Assembly (NCBI GenBank): GCA_002189035.1
Contig: CM007991.1
Span: 1,178,001-1,242,000 of the forward strand
Direction of reading: 5' to 3'
Length of the DNA: 64,000 bases
Origin: Utricularia gibba
Lineage: Eukaryota; Plantae; Magnoliophyta
Position numbers and translations under genes: made by a program. Numbering within the stretch: position 1 is the first letter of the stretch; each line of letters opens with the position of its first letter. The notes beneath the pieces are model-generated. The model saw only the letters and a program-made list of their open reading frames with translations. It did not search any database and was not told the origin of the DNA. Of this stretch, positions 48,909 to 62,313 are shown piece by piece.

Positions 48909-50284
48909 TAAGCTTTCATAACCCAACAATTTCCTTAAACTCCTGCATGACTCATCTTAAAGAGTTTGTCCAAAGATCATCAAAAGCCCAACTGGCATCT
49001 CAAGAGCTTAGTTCAAGATGAGTCTTTCAGACATTGGAGGTTGTCATGACAGTTTCATGATAACATGTCCCATAGAGGGCACAGCACCACCCCAAGTGAC
49101 GTGTAATCGTGTCTATGCCCAAAACGCAAGGAATCAAGCCAAAGAACGACAATCCAAATGCTTCAAAACGACACCAAACAAGACATTTGGTCCTCAAACA
49201 ACGAACACTCAATGCTCTTTGTTTCGTTTGGTACCACACTTCAACTCTCTTATATTTGTTTGCTTTCTTTTCAACAAATCGGTCTTGGTTATTCGTGTAC
49301 TTATATAAAATAAAATAGTTAATTATATAATAAATTACAGATCAATAATGATTAATTATATCTAATATTTTCTAATGTAATCCATATTTCTTATATATTA
49401 GAATTGATCCTACCTATAGATCTTTAATTTCAACTATACTTTTTTAATCATGGGTATCTTTTTGCGTGACAGATCGTTGCACCCGGGAGATGGGTAACTA
49501 CTACTTTAACCATCGATGATACCAATCAGGTAATCATGAATTGGGGGGAGCAAATTTTCCCATTTGGGTGATGACAATTGAAACAGAGCGAAGCACGACA
49601 CGTCTACCACGAGTCACGATGGGGTTGATTTTGTTGGGACACGGCAGCGTGTCACATGGGTGTCCCTTGTCACTCCATGCTCTGTACTGTGTCACTCAGT
49701 TCATGCACCCTCATCTTCCATACAAAAATTAATGTTATTTTTTTATCTTATAATATACAGACACCACCCCAAGTACACAGAAAATGTCCCAATGGTAAAT
49801 GATGAGATCTTGCAGCGAGTAGTACAAGAAATTTCGCAGGTAAAACAAAAGGGAAATTGTCCTGTCAATTGGTCACATTCCTCAGGTTGATGGGTCTTCT
49901 TCAGGTTCATTGTCACGTACATTAAATAATTAATTCATGTGGAAAAAAATATTAATATAGCCGACATGCAAAAAGTAAGCCATGTAATTTTTCGAATAAT
50001 AATAATTAAAAAATCAATTGCTATTATTTTATTTGTGTATTTAATTACTGTGACCTTCCTCTCTTCCGTATTTTGAAAATGGCTTCGCTGTCTCTGCATT
50101 TATTTTGTGCTCAGAATCTTTGAAATTTCAAAATTAATTAAAAATTTGTGATTATCTGGTTGGTTAATTGAATTTGATTTTTATATTTCAATTTAATATT
50201 TTTTAATTATTAAAAAAAAAAGAAAAAGAAAAACTGAGAATCTACAAAGAAGGCATCCGGGAATCAGCAGAAGGGTTTCTTAAA

Positions 50285-51128
50285 TCAGCAACATTGTTGG
50301 GACCTTTTGCAATGAGCAATGGCTGCTTCGATGGAGCCTTCGATGTCAGTAGCGCTGGTGCTTCTCCTCAGGAAATGTTGCTCATTTGAGGTGATTGAGG
50401 AGGAGGATGAGCTGGAGGAAGATGATGGCGACAGGGATTTCGCCGTGGGGGGTGACGTTTGATGGCACCGGAGAACGATCTCCGGTGGGGGTTGGGATTC
50501 GAGTTCGCCTCTTCTGCATTTCCATCTTTCTCCAAGCTCTTGATCATGGAAGCTAAAGATGAGTAATTTACCAGTTTCCCTGCTTGCCCGAATCCCTTGT
50601 TCTGCGGAACCGTCTCCGTCTTCCTAGATTCGCTGTTCTCCTCCGCTGCAACCGGGATCTCGTAAGAACAGCCGGACCTTGCGAACCATGATCCCTTCCC
50701 GACAATCAGACGCTTTATTAGCTTCACCGTTTTGCTGCTCGTCCACCATGGTTTCTTGGAAGGGCTAGTGGTTATGCAACTGCTTAATTCAGTAGACCAT
50801 TCAAGGAAATCTTCAGGGTTCATTTCACAGCTAACTCTGCAAGATTCCGAGGGAGAAATATTGCAAGAATCCGATGGGGTGAAGCCGCCGCAATCTTCTT
50901 CTTCGTAAACCCCCGATGCGGCGGAGACACTGAGGCGGCGGAGCTTTTCAACCATGAGGCGGCGGGGGAGAGGAGCAGCGGCAGAAGCTTACCCTTGTAG
51001 AAAAGCTCATCTGCAGGGGAAGCAACCGAGGATTGGTTGGGCATTTTGAATTCGAAATCTTGGGCTTTCGGAGGCGACGAGGAGGACCGCAAATCCATGT
51101 CTATGTAGTCGTCTCCTACGGAAGCCAT
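50285..51128 (-). CDS. MEMBRANE-ASSOCIATED KINASE REGULATOR (MAKR3/4-like); two apparent 1-nt deletions (50964-50968, 50447-50452)
   Basis: DDYIDMD, DFEF, SPADELFYKGKLLPL in frame 1; MVEKL, TPSDSCNISPSESCRVSCEMNP in frame 2; Ser-rich tract and IEGSIEAAIAHCKRSQ in frame 3. Confidence 0.85.
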
Positions 51129-53391
51129 GGGAATGGAACAGAGCAACCCAGACAGCAGAAGAAAGAGAGTGGAGCTGGAGGAGAAGAGAGGAATAGAATG
51201 GCGGTTGTATTAAACTCAGGGAAAAAGTATAGTGTAATGGCAAATGTCATCAGTTTATGGTAATAATATTTTCGAAATAAAAAATATTCTTCGTGGGTTT
51301 GGTATCGACTTTTTTTTTTAAAAAAGATTGTTACTCAATTAAATAATCCCTATGTAATAAAGGCCAATAACCAATCAACTTGATCTATTATTTTTAGTGT
51401 TCGATCCAATAATATATATTTAATTAATAAATTCAAAGTACATTTGATAAATAAATAAATATATATATATAATTAAAATAAATAACAAATATAAAATGGG
51501 AGATAATTTAAGTCCATTAATATGATAAGGGTATCCCACATTCATTATTAGATAAGATATGTGCTTAAATAAAAAAAATACTACTAATTCTATTCAAGAT
51601 CTTTTATTTGAAAATAAATATAGTAAAAATGTCAGAATTGAATACAAAAAACAGACAATATTATATAAAGAGAGTGTATCATAACGTTTGATATTGTAGT
51701 CAAATATGAACGTATGTTAATAATGGAGCAAGGGGAAAATGTAAGATAAGAAATTAATAATAATAATTCATATTAATTATAAAAGAGATCATTCAAATTT
51801 TATATAAATTTTTTTTTCATAAGTTGAATACATAAAAATTAAATATCCAAAATAGATAATATCGTTTAAGAACAATATGAGTCATAATATTAATTAATTA
51901 TTTTACAAATCACATATAGCACATCTCTCAAAGATAGTAATAAATAAATACCAAACACCATTCTAAGATGGTATTGAATCAACATGCTATCTAGTTTGGT
52001 GTTACCTTGAATTTTCCATGGTCACTAGTTAATCGAATGGAAATATAGAATGTGAGTTGGAGGAAACAAGATAGGTTCAAACATGGAATATCACCATGTA
52101 ATGTAACTGGGTATCCAGAGACACAGTGAAGTGAGGCTGGAGAGGGAGGGAGTCGAATGGGGAAGCTTGCAGCAGTGTCACCAGTAGTAATTTCTGTGTC
52201 ATATCTTTGTGTGGTCCTACAAGACAGACACCTTTTGCTCTCCTGTTGTTGGCAGCCTTCGCATTTTGTTGCATCAGTCCAAAAACACACATGGTGAGGG
52301 TACATACATGTATCTACTACCAGCAAGAGTGAACTGTCAAGAGAAAGGTGGAGAGTTGAATAATGGCACGCACCCACCCCCACCTTCTGCGACCCCAACA
52401 TCACATTTCAAGCCGCCCCCCATTCATTCATTCATCTACTTAATGCAACCCTACAAAGTGAGGATGTAGAGATCCAGAGCCAGACGTCTTCCAGACTAAT
52501 GGCTACAGTGTTGCGACAAGAGCTCAAGATGCTTGTTGTCCTAATGGTTTCCTCTAGGATCTTTTTAGATACGCCGAAGGGATGGACAAGAGGAGAACAG
52601 GGGGTGGGAGAATTCTCTAGCATTACCTGAAGGATTTGACATTCTCTACAAGTTCATTCCACTTAAAGGGGTTTTCCAGTAGTCCCATGTGCTGTAGTCT
52701 TCCTGCAATAGAGAACCATTAGAGATTGATCTGTATAAAGCGACCAAACATTGAAGCTAAGCAGGAAGTTATGAGTCCTGATAAGAAGAATGCAGTATGC
52801 TCATACACTTGGTTCAAATGTAAAACTACATTGAACAACTACCAAACTTATTCTACCATTGATTCCAGGGGAAAGACATATCAATGGCAATTGTGAGGAA
52901 TGATGTGTATGATTAAACATCAATACGGACTGGAAAAAGAATGAAACTTGATAGTCAACCCTGGGATTGACAATGTAGAATTTTGGCCTTCGGAATCCTG
53001 ATTCTCCGGTAAACAAGCTTGTCTGTCACGATTACCCATCCTGTGTAAAACAGATTGTAATCTGGAGGGAAGAATATACCTCCGTTGAAAAAATGTCGGC
53101 TCACACGCATACAGAGATGACATCCCGTTTTTCCAAAGCTTTTGCCGTTGAAGGAAAAAGGGGTTGGCGCCTGGCTGCTATTCGTCTCCTCTTCAAGATC
53201 TTATCTGCTATTATAGCTCCAAGGTTGCCCCCTGTACATTTTGAGTATTGTGTAATTTTGTCCTCTAGATTTCTAAAAATACTGCACTGAGAAGTTCCGA
53301 ATCTGATGATCTGCTGTGAATCGTTCATTTCAAACAAAACATAAACCAAGAAAACAGTGCATTTCAAAGAAAAAGCTACGCAAGCAGGCAA

Positions 53392-54448
<1,057 letters not shown>

Positions 54449-54785
54449 GATCGCAGAGTTGAGAAAATCCCACTGAAACAAGCAACGGCGAACAACGTGG
54501 ATGAGAAGAGGCGAGACACACAAAACCCTAGACCATATTAGAGAGTTTATATTGGGCCTATTGGGCTCAGACATTTCGGTAATTTACGTCGTCTGCTTCC
54601 CCGAGAATAACCCGCGTTTAAGAATCATGAAACTTTTGGGCTGTGTAATGGGCCCAAGGGCCTGGGAACAGTTCTGTAATTTTACATATCGTTTAGTTCT
54701 GAAGAAGGAATATATAGAGTTCTTGATTTCTGTTTCTTCGAGAAACCCTAGCGCCTGGGTTCCCTTTACGAAGGTTCATCTCGCG
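54449..54785. promoter_or_regulatory. Bidirectional RPS23/RPL4 promoter
   Basis: Telo-boxes at 54523 and 54743; site II at 54553, 54562, 54637, 54649; minus-strand TATAAA at 54551-54546; plus-strand TATATA at 54711. Confidence 0.8.
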
Positions 54786-56448
54786 ATGGTCGCCGCCGCC
54801 GCTGCTCGCCCTCTCGTCACAGTGCAAGCTCTGGAAAATGATATGGCCACTGACGGAGGAGTGGCGAGTAACGCTATTCCGCTTCCAGATGTTATGAAGG
54901 CTGCGATCCGACCAGACATTGTTACTTTTGTTCATGATCAGATCTCCAAAAACTCACGTCAGCCTTACGCCGTGTCTAAACGCGCCGGTCATCAGACCTC
55001 CGCCGCGTCATGGGGTACTGGGCGTGCCGTGTCTCGTATTCCCCGTGTTCCTGGTGGTGGCACTCACCGAGCTGGTCAGGGAGCTTTCGGTAACATGTGT
55101 CGCGGAGGAAGAATGTTCGCACCCACCAAGACCTGGCGCCGTTGGCACAGACGTGTGAACGTCACCCAGAAACGTCACGCGGTTGTTTCAGCTATAGCTG
55201 CTTCAGCGGTTCCCTCATTGGTTCTTGCACGTGGACACAAAATTGATGAAGTTCCTGAGTTGCCTTTGGTTGTTTCTGATGCTGCTGAGGCTGTGGAGAA
55301 AACTAGCGCTGCCTTGAAGACTCTAAAACAGATTGGAGCTTTCCCGGATGCCGAGAAGGCGAAGGACAGCCAAGGAATTCGTCCTGGGAAAGGTAAGATG
55401 CGCAATCGTCGTTACATTTCAAGGAAGGGCCCTCTTGTAGTTTACGGAACAGAGGGAGCCAAGCTGGTAAAGGCATTCCGCAACATTCCAGGTGTGGATG
55501 TTGCCCATGTTTCTCGTCTGAATCTCCTAAAGCTAGCTCCTGGAGGCCATCTTGGCAGGTTTATCGTCTGGACAAAGTCCGCGTTCGAGAAACTGGACGA
55601 GATTTATGGAACTTTTGACAAGCCTTCTCTGATAAAGAAAGGGTATGTGCTTCCGAGGTCTAAGATGGTTAATGCAGATTTGGCTAGAATTATCAATTCA
55701 GATGAGGTGCAGTCTGTTGTGGAGCCGATCAAGAAAGTCATGAAGAGAGCTCCTTTGAAGAAGAACCCATTGAACAATCTCAATGTCATGTTGAAACTGA
55801 ACCCGTATGCTCAGACTGCGAAGCGAGTGGCGCTCTTGGCCGAGGCGCAGAGGATCAAGGCTAAGAAGGAGAAGCTAGAGAAAAAGAGAAAACCGATCAC
55901 CAAGGTACTGTTTCATCGTCTCCGTCTATTTTATGACTTGTGCAGCAAGATCGAATTTTCAGTGTTCTTGCAATTGTTTAAACCTTACGTGTATTATTTT
56001 GACTTATTATTGTGGCTTAGTGGTCATGGAATTTTCTTCGCTAACCTGATTAGTTCACTGGCTTCTACCAAAAATTCAGTCCCACGTTCACGAAATTTTA
56101 TCAATTACGTTATGTTTGATGAATCTTCTTTACTGCTTGGTCATCGTAGGGTCCTTTTACTTGAGTTTGATTGTGCAGCAGTTTTCCATAAAACTTTCCT
56201 TACAATTTGTGTTTTAAGCTGCTATTTTTTCTTGTTCAACCATAAACATCCTCTTCTCCATTAAATCGGCTGACACCTCCTGTTCAATGTTCACTTTTCA
56301 AACTTTGAACTGATAATCTGTTTTTGGCCTGTAGGAGGAAGCATCAGCGATCAAATCTGCAGGGAAATCTTGGTACAAGACGATGATCTCAGACAGTGAC
56401 TACACAGAGTTTGAGAACTTCTCAAAATGGTTGGCCATCTCCCAGTAA
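54786..56448 (+). CDS. RPL4: 60S ribosomal protein L4 (uL4), copy 2; exons 54786-55904 and 56335-56448
   Basis: [14 protein letters not shown]...; same structure and intron position as copy 1; ends [12 protein letters not shown]. Confidence 0.98.
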
Positions 56449-57014
56449 TGGAGTCATTTTTCCTCGTTTTACCCTCTCTGAAATTGTTCTAGTCATTTGT
56501 TGGTGTTTTGAGAATTTTTTTCAAGACGTTGTTGGGGTAAGAAATCGAGGTCAGCCAGTTCGTGGGCCTGACTTTTTGTCCCAAACATTGAGTTTGTTAC
56601 AAGTTAATATTGTTCAATCTCTTCTCAGCTGTCACAGGATCGAGCCGGATAATACTTTGTTCTGGTCTTAACCGTTCGACTTCGTTATTTGAACCGAGGT
56701 TATTGTGCAATAACATAAGATGAAGAACTCATAGCAATAACGCAAGGTTATTGTTCTTGTGGTGTGAATTGGTTGGTTCGATTAAATGGCCACCTTTGCA
56801 GCTCGATCCCCTTGTTAAGATTTGTCCACATCCTGCTCTTATTAAATAATAGCTTGCTGTAAATGAGCCCACAACAATGAAATATCGCAAAAAAAGATCA
56901 TCAATGTAGTAACATTGTTTTTTGTTTTTAACTCACCCATATGCAATTTTTCTTGCAAGTGAACGCTCTCAGGAGCTTGAGTTGCTCTATCATTTGAGGA
57001 AACACAGAGAAGAA

Positions 57015-60000
57015 ATGTGGGACTGCAGTGTTATTTTTTTCCTTGTTTCTTTGTGCATTCTCCCCTATGCTTCTGAAGCCCAGATGCCAGGTTGCTTGTA
57101 GTTTAGTTATTTGCATGCATTTTCGGAGTGGATGCTGTTTGCATGACCTCAAAGTGGCCCTAACTTTGCTGCGTAGATAAGATTTAGGTTTTAATTATTC
57201 AATGCCCCTTTTTTGAATCTTGGTACTTTTAGATGTAAATATTCACTGTTTGATGCTGCATTTGGTATTTGTTTTTCTGTAATGCTTTAGTTCTGGTATT
57301 GGAAGTGCTGTACAGTTTAATGAAAGTTCTGATATCCTGTAGGTTTTGTTAGTTTGGATTGTGGCGGTGCAAGTAATTTCACGGATGAGATAGGTTTGCA
57401 ATGGACTTCTGATAGCTTCATGATCAGGGACAATCAGCTAAAATTTCTGTCCCTGGTGAAGGGAGAACACAGTACAGGACATTGAGATATTTCCCTGCTG
57501 ATAATAACAAGTATTGCTACGCACTGAACGTTGTCAGCAGACAACGATACCTTATAAGATCAACATTCTTGTATGGCTCCTTCCTTAACAGTGATGTCTT
57601 TCCCATGTTTGACATTTCTTTTGGGCCGACACATTGGTCAACAGTAATCATATCCGATGTGAAAGAAATCGAAGTTGCAGAGTTGATATTTCTTGCTACT
57701 GATCCCACTGTCAGTGTCTGTTTATTCAATGCTAAAACAGGGGTGCCTTTTATATCCACTCTTGAGCTTCGCCAGTTTAATGAATCTGCCTATTCTACTC
57801 TGTACGAGGACCAGTTCTTTCTTAGTGTGACTGCTAGAATAAATTTTGGAGCAGAGAGCAATTTGCCTGTGAGGTATCCAGATGATCCCTTTGACAGACT
57901 TTGGCTGTCAGATACGTTGAAGAAGGCTAACTACCTTGTTGATATGGCTCCTGGAACTGAAAAGATATCTACACGTGCATCAATCAGTGCATCAAAGTGG
58001 GAATGGCCTCCGCAGAAAGTGTTGCAGACAGCAGTTGTTGGAAAAAATGGTTCACTGTCTTATCGGTTGAACCTTGATGGGTTTCCCGCTTTTGGCTGGA
58101 CATTTGCGTACTTGGCAGAAATTGAAGATCTTCCCAAGAACACTACTAGAAAATTTAGACTAAGAGTCCCGGAACTTCCGGAAATTTACAAGCCTATCAT
58201 TAATATCAATGAGAACCGTGGGAAGTTTAGTCTATATGAGCCCGGATTTTACAACCTTTCACTGCCACTCGTGTTTTCTTTCAGCTTCGAAAAGACAGCT
58301 GATTCAACCTTCGGACCAATACTCAATGCATTCGAGATAAGTAGGCTTCTTAAAAAGAGTCATGGCACCCCAGATGGTGAGTATCAGTAAATTTTTGTCT
58401 GTAACTAATGAGTTGAGTGATGATTCTTTCTATTGTTCATCTTTTTCTAACTGCTTACTGGAGTCCCAGGGGCTATACTCGCTTCGGTAATCGCAGCTTA
58501 TTCATCTTTGGATTGGGCTCGCGAAGGTGGTGACCCTTGCCTGCCATCTCCATGGTCATGGGTACAGTGTAGCTCTGATCCTCTACCAAGAATCAAATCC
58601 ATGTAAAATTCCTTATCTGCTCTGCTCACATCATTGTGATGGATTTTCTGGACAACTAAGGAAGCTCGTGCCTGCAGCAAACTTTCTGGGAAGCAATTGA
58701 GCGGCCGAATTCCTATAAATTTCGCAAAGTTGGAGGGCCTGGAGGAACTGTGAGTGATGGACGCCTGATTCATCATGGATCCTTTCTTCTATTATGTAAC
58801 CGTGTTTCCATACTCTCATCCCATGGCCTAACCTTTTCATTTCTCTCTGTTCTACCTGCTGAAGATGGCTAAATGATAACTTTCTGACTGGTCCAATCCC
58901 TGATTTTTCTGGATGCCCCAACTTGAGAGTGCTGTAAGCCGAGTTCTTTTGTATTTTTGTATGATTTCTTGTTCATCCAAAAGATTGCATTTTTTGGCAG
59001 CCATCTTGAGAATAACCAGTTGACGGGCAGCATCCCCTCTAGTTTGTCAAATTTGGCAACTCTGAGAGAATTGTATGATTTTACGGGCTTTGATGTTTGA
59101 TATCTTCATGCAACATCATCTACCCTAAGCACACATGATGCTCGCATTCTCATTGACACAGTGGGAATTCCCACTGCAGAAAAAAGCTCATGCAGGATGA
59201 TGGATGCTCTTCATATTTACACCAGTACTTGACACCTAACTCATGCATTCCTTTTGCTTACCAATAATGCAGGTATGTTCAAAACAATATGCTCCAAGGA
59301 GACATCCCGCCTCGCCTTCTTAATGAAAGCCTGGTTTTCAAGTGAGTGTGTTTTGATGTATGGTGAAGGTTTCTAGTATAACAGTCAGCCATTGAGAAGT
59401 CAGTGACTGGCAATTGGGCGACATTCATAGGAGCAATTGGTGTAAAGTTCTATCCCAATCATGCTTCTCTTGATGTATCACAGCTACAGTGGGAACCATG
59501 CACTCCATAAAGCCCATGTGGTGATAACGAAAGAAATAATCATAGGAGCATCTACGGGAGGCGCTGTTCTCATTGTTGCTATCATTGCAGCCTCCCTTTC
59601 GTGGCTAATAGTAAAGAACAAGAAGAAGAAGATGGAAGGTTATGTGACTCCTTCCAGTAATCTTCAATCGAAGATGTATCATTCTAGGCAAGTCATTTTA
59701 CCTGCTGACTCTTCCCTTAAACATGTTTATGTACAGAAGTCAATAGAAGATGGCACTCACCGAAACCGGCATCACATCTAAGTGAAAGCGCAGCCGAAGC
59801 TGCACATTACTTCACTTTGTCTGAGATTGAGAAAGCTACTAACAACTTTGAAAGGCAACTTGGAGTAGGAGGCTTCGGGGTTGTGTATTTTGGTAGATTG
59901 AAAGATGGGAAAGAAATTGCTGTCAAACTATTGAAAAGTGATTCCATTCAGGGGAAGCATGAGTTTGTTAATGAGGTGAGTACAATACTGGTATCCTAAA

Positions 60001-61160
60001 GGGGCTTCAATCTCATTATCTTCATCAACTCCAGTGTGAATGTTGTTGATTTTTCTGTGCATCAGATTTCCCTCCTCTCGAAAATACATCACAGAAATCT
60101 CGTAAAGTTTCTTGGGTACTCTCAAGAAGATGAGAAAAGCATTCTCGTATACGAATTCATGCACAACGGGACCGTAAAAGAACATCTCCATGGTAAGGAT
60201 CAACGTGTTTGAGAGCGTGCATGATCCTGCTCTACTTTTCTTTAACTATCATTTTGAAGTTTCAGCATCAGATGGACGATGCCTAACTTGGATGAAGCGT
60301 CTTGAGATTGCTGAAGACACTGCAAAAGGTTGGCATTTCACTTCAGATCTCATGGAAACTTGAAGAAACCGACACTGTATTTATGGATCTCTTGTTTGTC
60401 TCAGGCATCGAATATCTTCATGTTGGCTGTGTTCCTTCCATCATCCATAGAGATTTGAAGACAACCAATATTCTTCTAGACCACAACATGAGAGCCAAGG
60501 TCTCCGACTTTGGAATTTCCAAACTAGCAACCGATGGAGCTTCCCATGTCTACAGCATTGTTCGAGGAACCCTTGGTTATCTTGACCCTGAGTACGCTAT
60601 CATCTACTTCACATTCTGTCTCCTCTTGAATTAAAAACTTCTAAGTGATCAACATATGGACCTGCAGATACTACATTTCGCAGCGGTTGACACTGAAAAG
60701 TGATGTCTACAGCTTCGGAGTCATCCTCCTTGAGCTGATGTCTGGACAGGTTCCAATATCTAGAGTAAGCTTCGGTAAGAACTGTGGAAACATAGTCGAC
60801 TGGGTACGAACGAATCCATTTCCTTCTCCTCCTCCATCATCCGAAGCAATCAGAACATCCTGAAGCTTCCCTTCTGCTGCGCAGGCCAGAATGCACATTG
60901 AGAATGGAGACATAGCAGCCATCATCGACCCTGTGTTGCAGGAATACGACATACACTCCATGTGGAGCATCGCAGATTTGGCGTTGAAGTGTTTGCAACC
61001 CCATGGAAGCATGAGGCCCTCGATTTCAGAAGTGACCAAGGATATCCAAGATGCTCTGCTTCTGGTAAAAGGAGGTGCGGGAACCTCAGATGGGGTGTTT
61101 CGTAACTCCCATCACTCCTGGAATGCAGACGAATCAATCTCCGGCCCTGTCTCACGTTAG
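57015..61160 (+). CDS. Malectin-like-domain LRR receptor-like kinase (LRR-I, SIF2-like); apparent 1-nt deletion at 57425-57429
   Basis: Signal peptide then QMPG|[52 protein letters not shown] exons, TM segment, [40 protein letters not shown] (RD kinase). Confidence 0.93.
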
Positions 61161-62313
61161 ACTGCTGGAAGGAGCTTCTACGCCTCTTGTGTTTGGAAGT
61201 GGTGCCGGTTATGATGTCATTTTTAATTTTCTTCAAGTTGAAGTTTTACTTTACATGTATTTTAATAAATAAATTATAACAATAATATCTCAAGTTTGAG
61301 TCAATTTTCGATTTCGTCTCATGTTAAACTACATGACAGGAGATCTTACACCTTTTGTGTTGGGAAGTGGTGCCATCATTCTTCAGCTATGGTGTCATCT
61401 TTGCCTACTATATGGATTTTTAATTATCTTTTAATCATGAGTTTAATTTATAATAAGATATAATTAAAATCAAATTTATGGGTATACTATAAAATATGTA
61501 AAAAATAATTTTATTCCTTAAAACATCTTAAAATATAATTCTAGGAATTTTCAAATCACATATATATAACATAGAATATTTTTTTAAAAAATAATCAATA
61601 GATTAAGATTATTGATGTATTTAAAATCATAATGTAATCATTAAAATTACGTCTTAGAAAGAAAGTTTTAACCAAAGATGTTTCCATGTTGTTGGAGTCC
61701 AATTAATCTGGATTTAAAATCCTTTTATATCTATGATTATATTATATTTCCTAATTTAGAAAGTATATATCAGAGTATTATTTATTCAATATGGTAATTA
61801 ATAATAATATTAGAGATGCAGCCTGCTGGGCCATGCTTCCCGCGCATTCTAAGTGGGCCCGAAATTTAAAACGAGATTCCATGGAATAAAAAACTCGTAC
61901 ACGTGTTGTGTTCGGATTGGTTGGGAATATATATTTTCTCCGAAGTTGTTGTTCTTGATTCATTAATATCTTGTTGCTTCCTTGATCTCCGTCTCTCTGT
62001 AAATCCGTTGCCTGATATGCCTAACTTCCTATCCATTCATGAATCTCTTGTTCGTATCGTATATTATATATAAAAAATTTTAGGATTTAATAGTGTTTCT
62101 TTAAGCCCTGGAATTCACTACAGAGTTATAGGTGAAGGGAGAACGGTAAAAATGGTTTCTTTTTGTGTTGGGGTTTATGCAATTGCCGGTGGGTTTTGAG
62201 CGTTTTATTGTGATCCTTTCTGGGTTTTCTTTAAGTTGATTTTTTTCTTCACACTTTTATGTTCCTGTCATCCATTGTCTTGTTTTGTAGTGGTGTTTCT
62301 GTTACTGATTTTG

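Noticed and set aside
54501-54785. 95-codon in-frame extension upstream of RPL4 copy 2 (587-aa ORF in the track)
   Set aside because: It runs through the promoter motifs, and the ORF's C-terminal part is intron read-through; uL4 starts at 54786.
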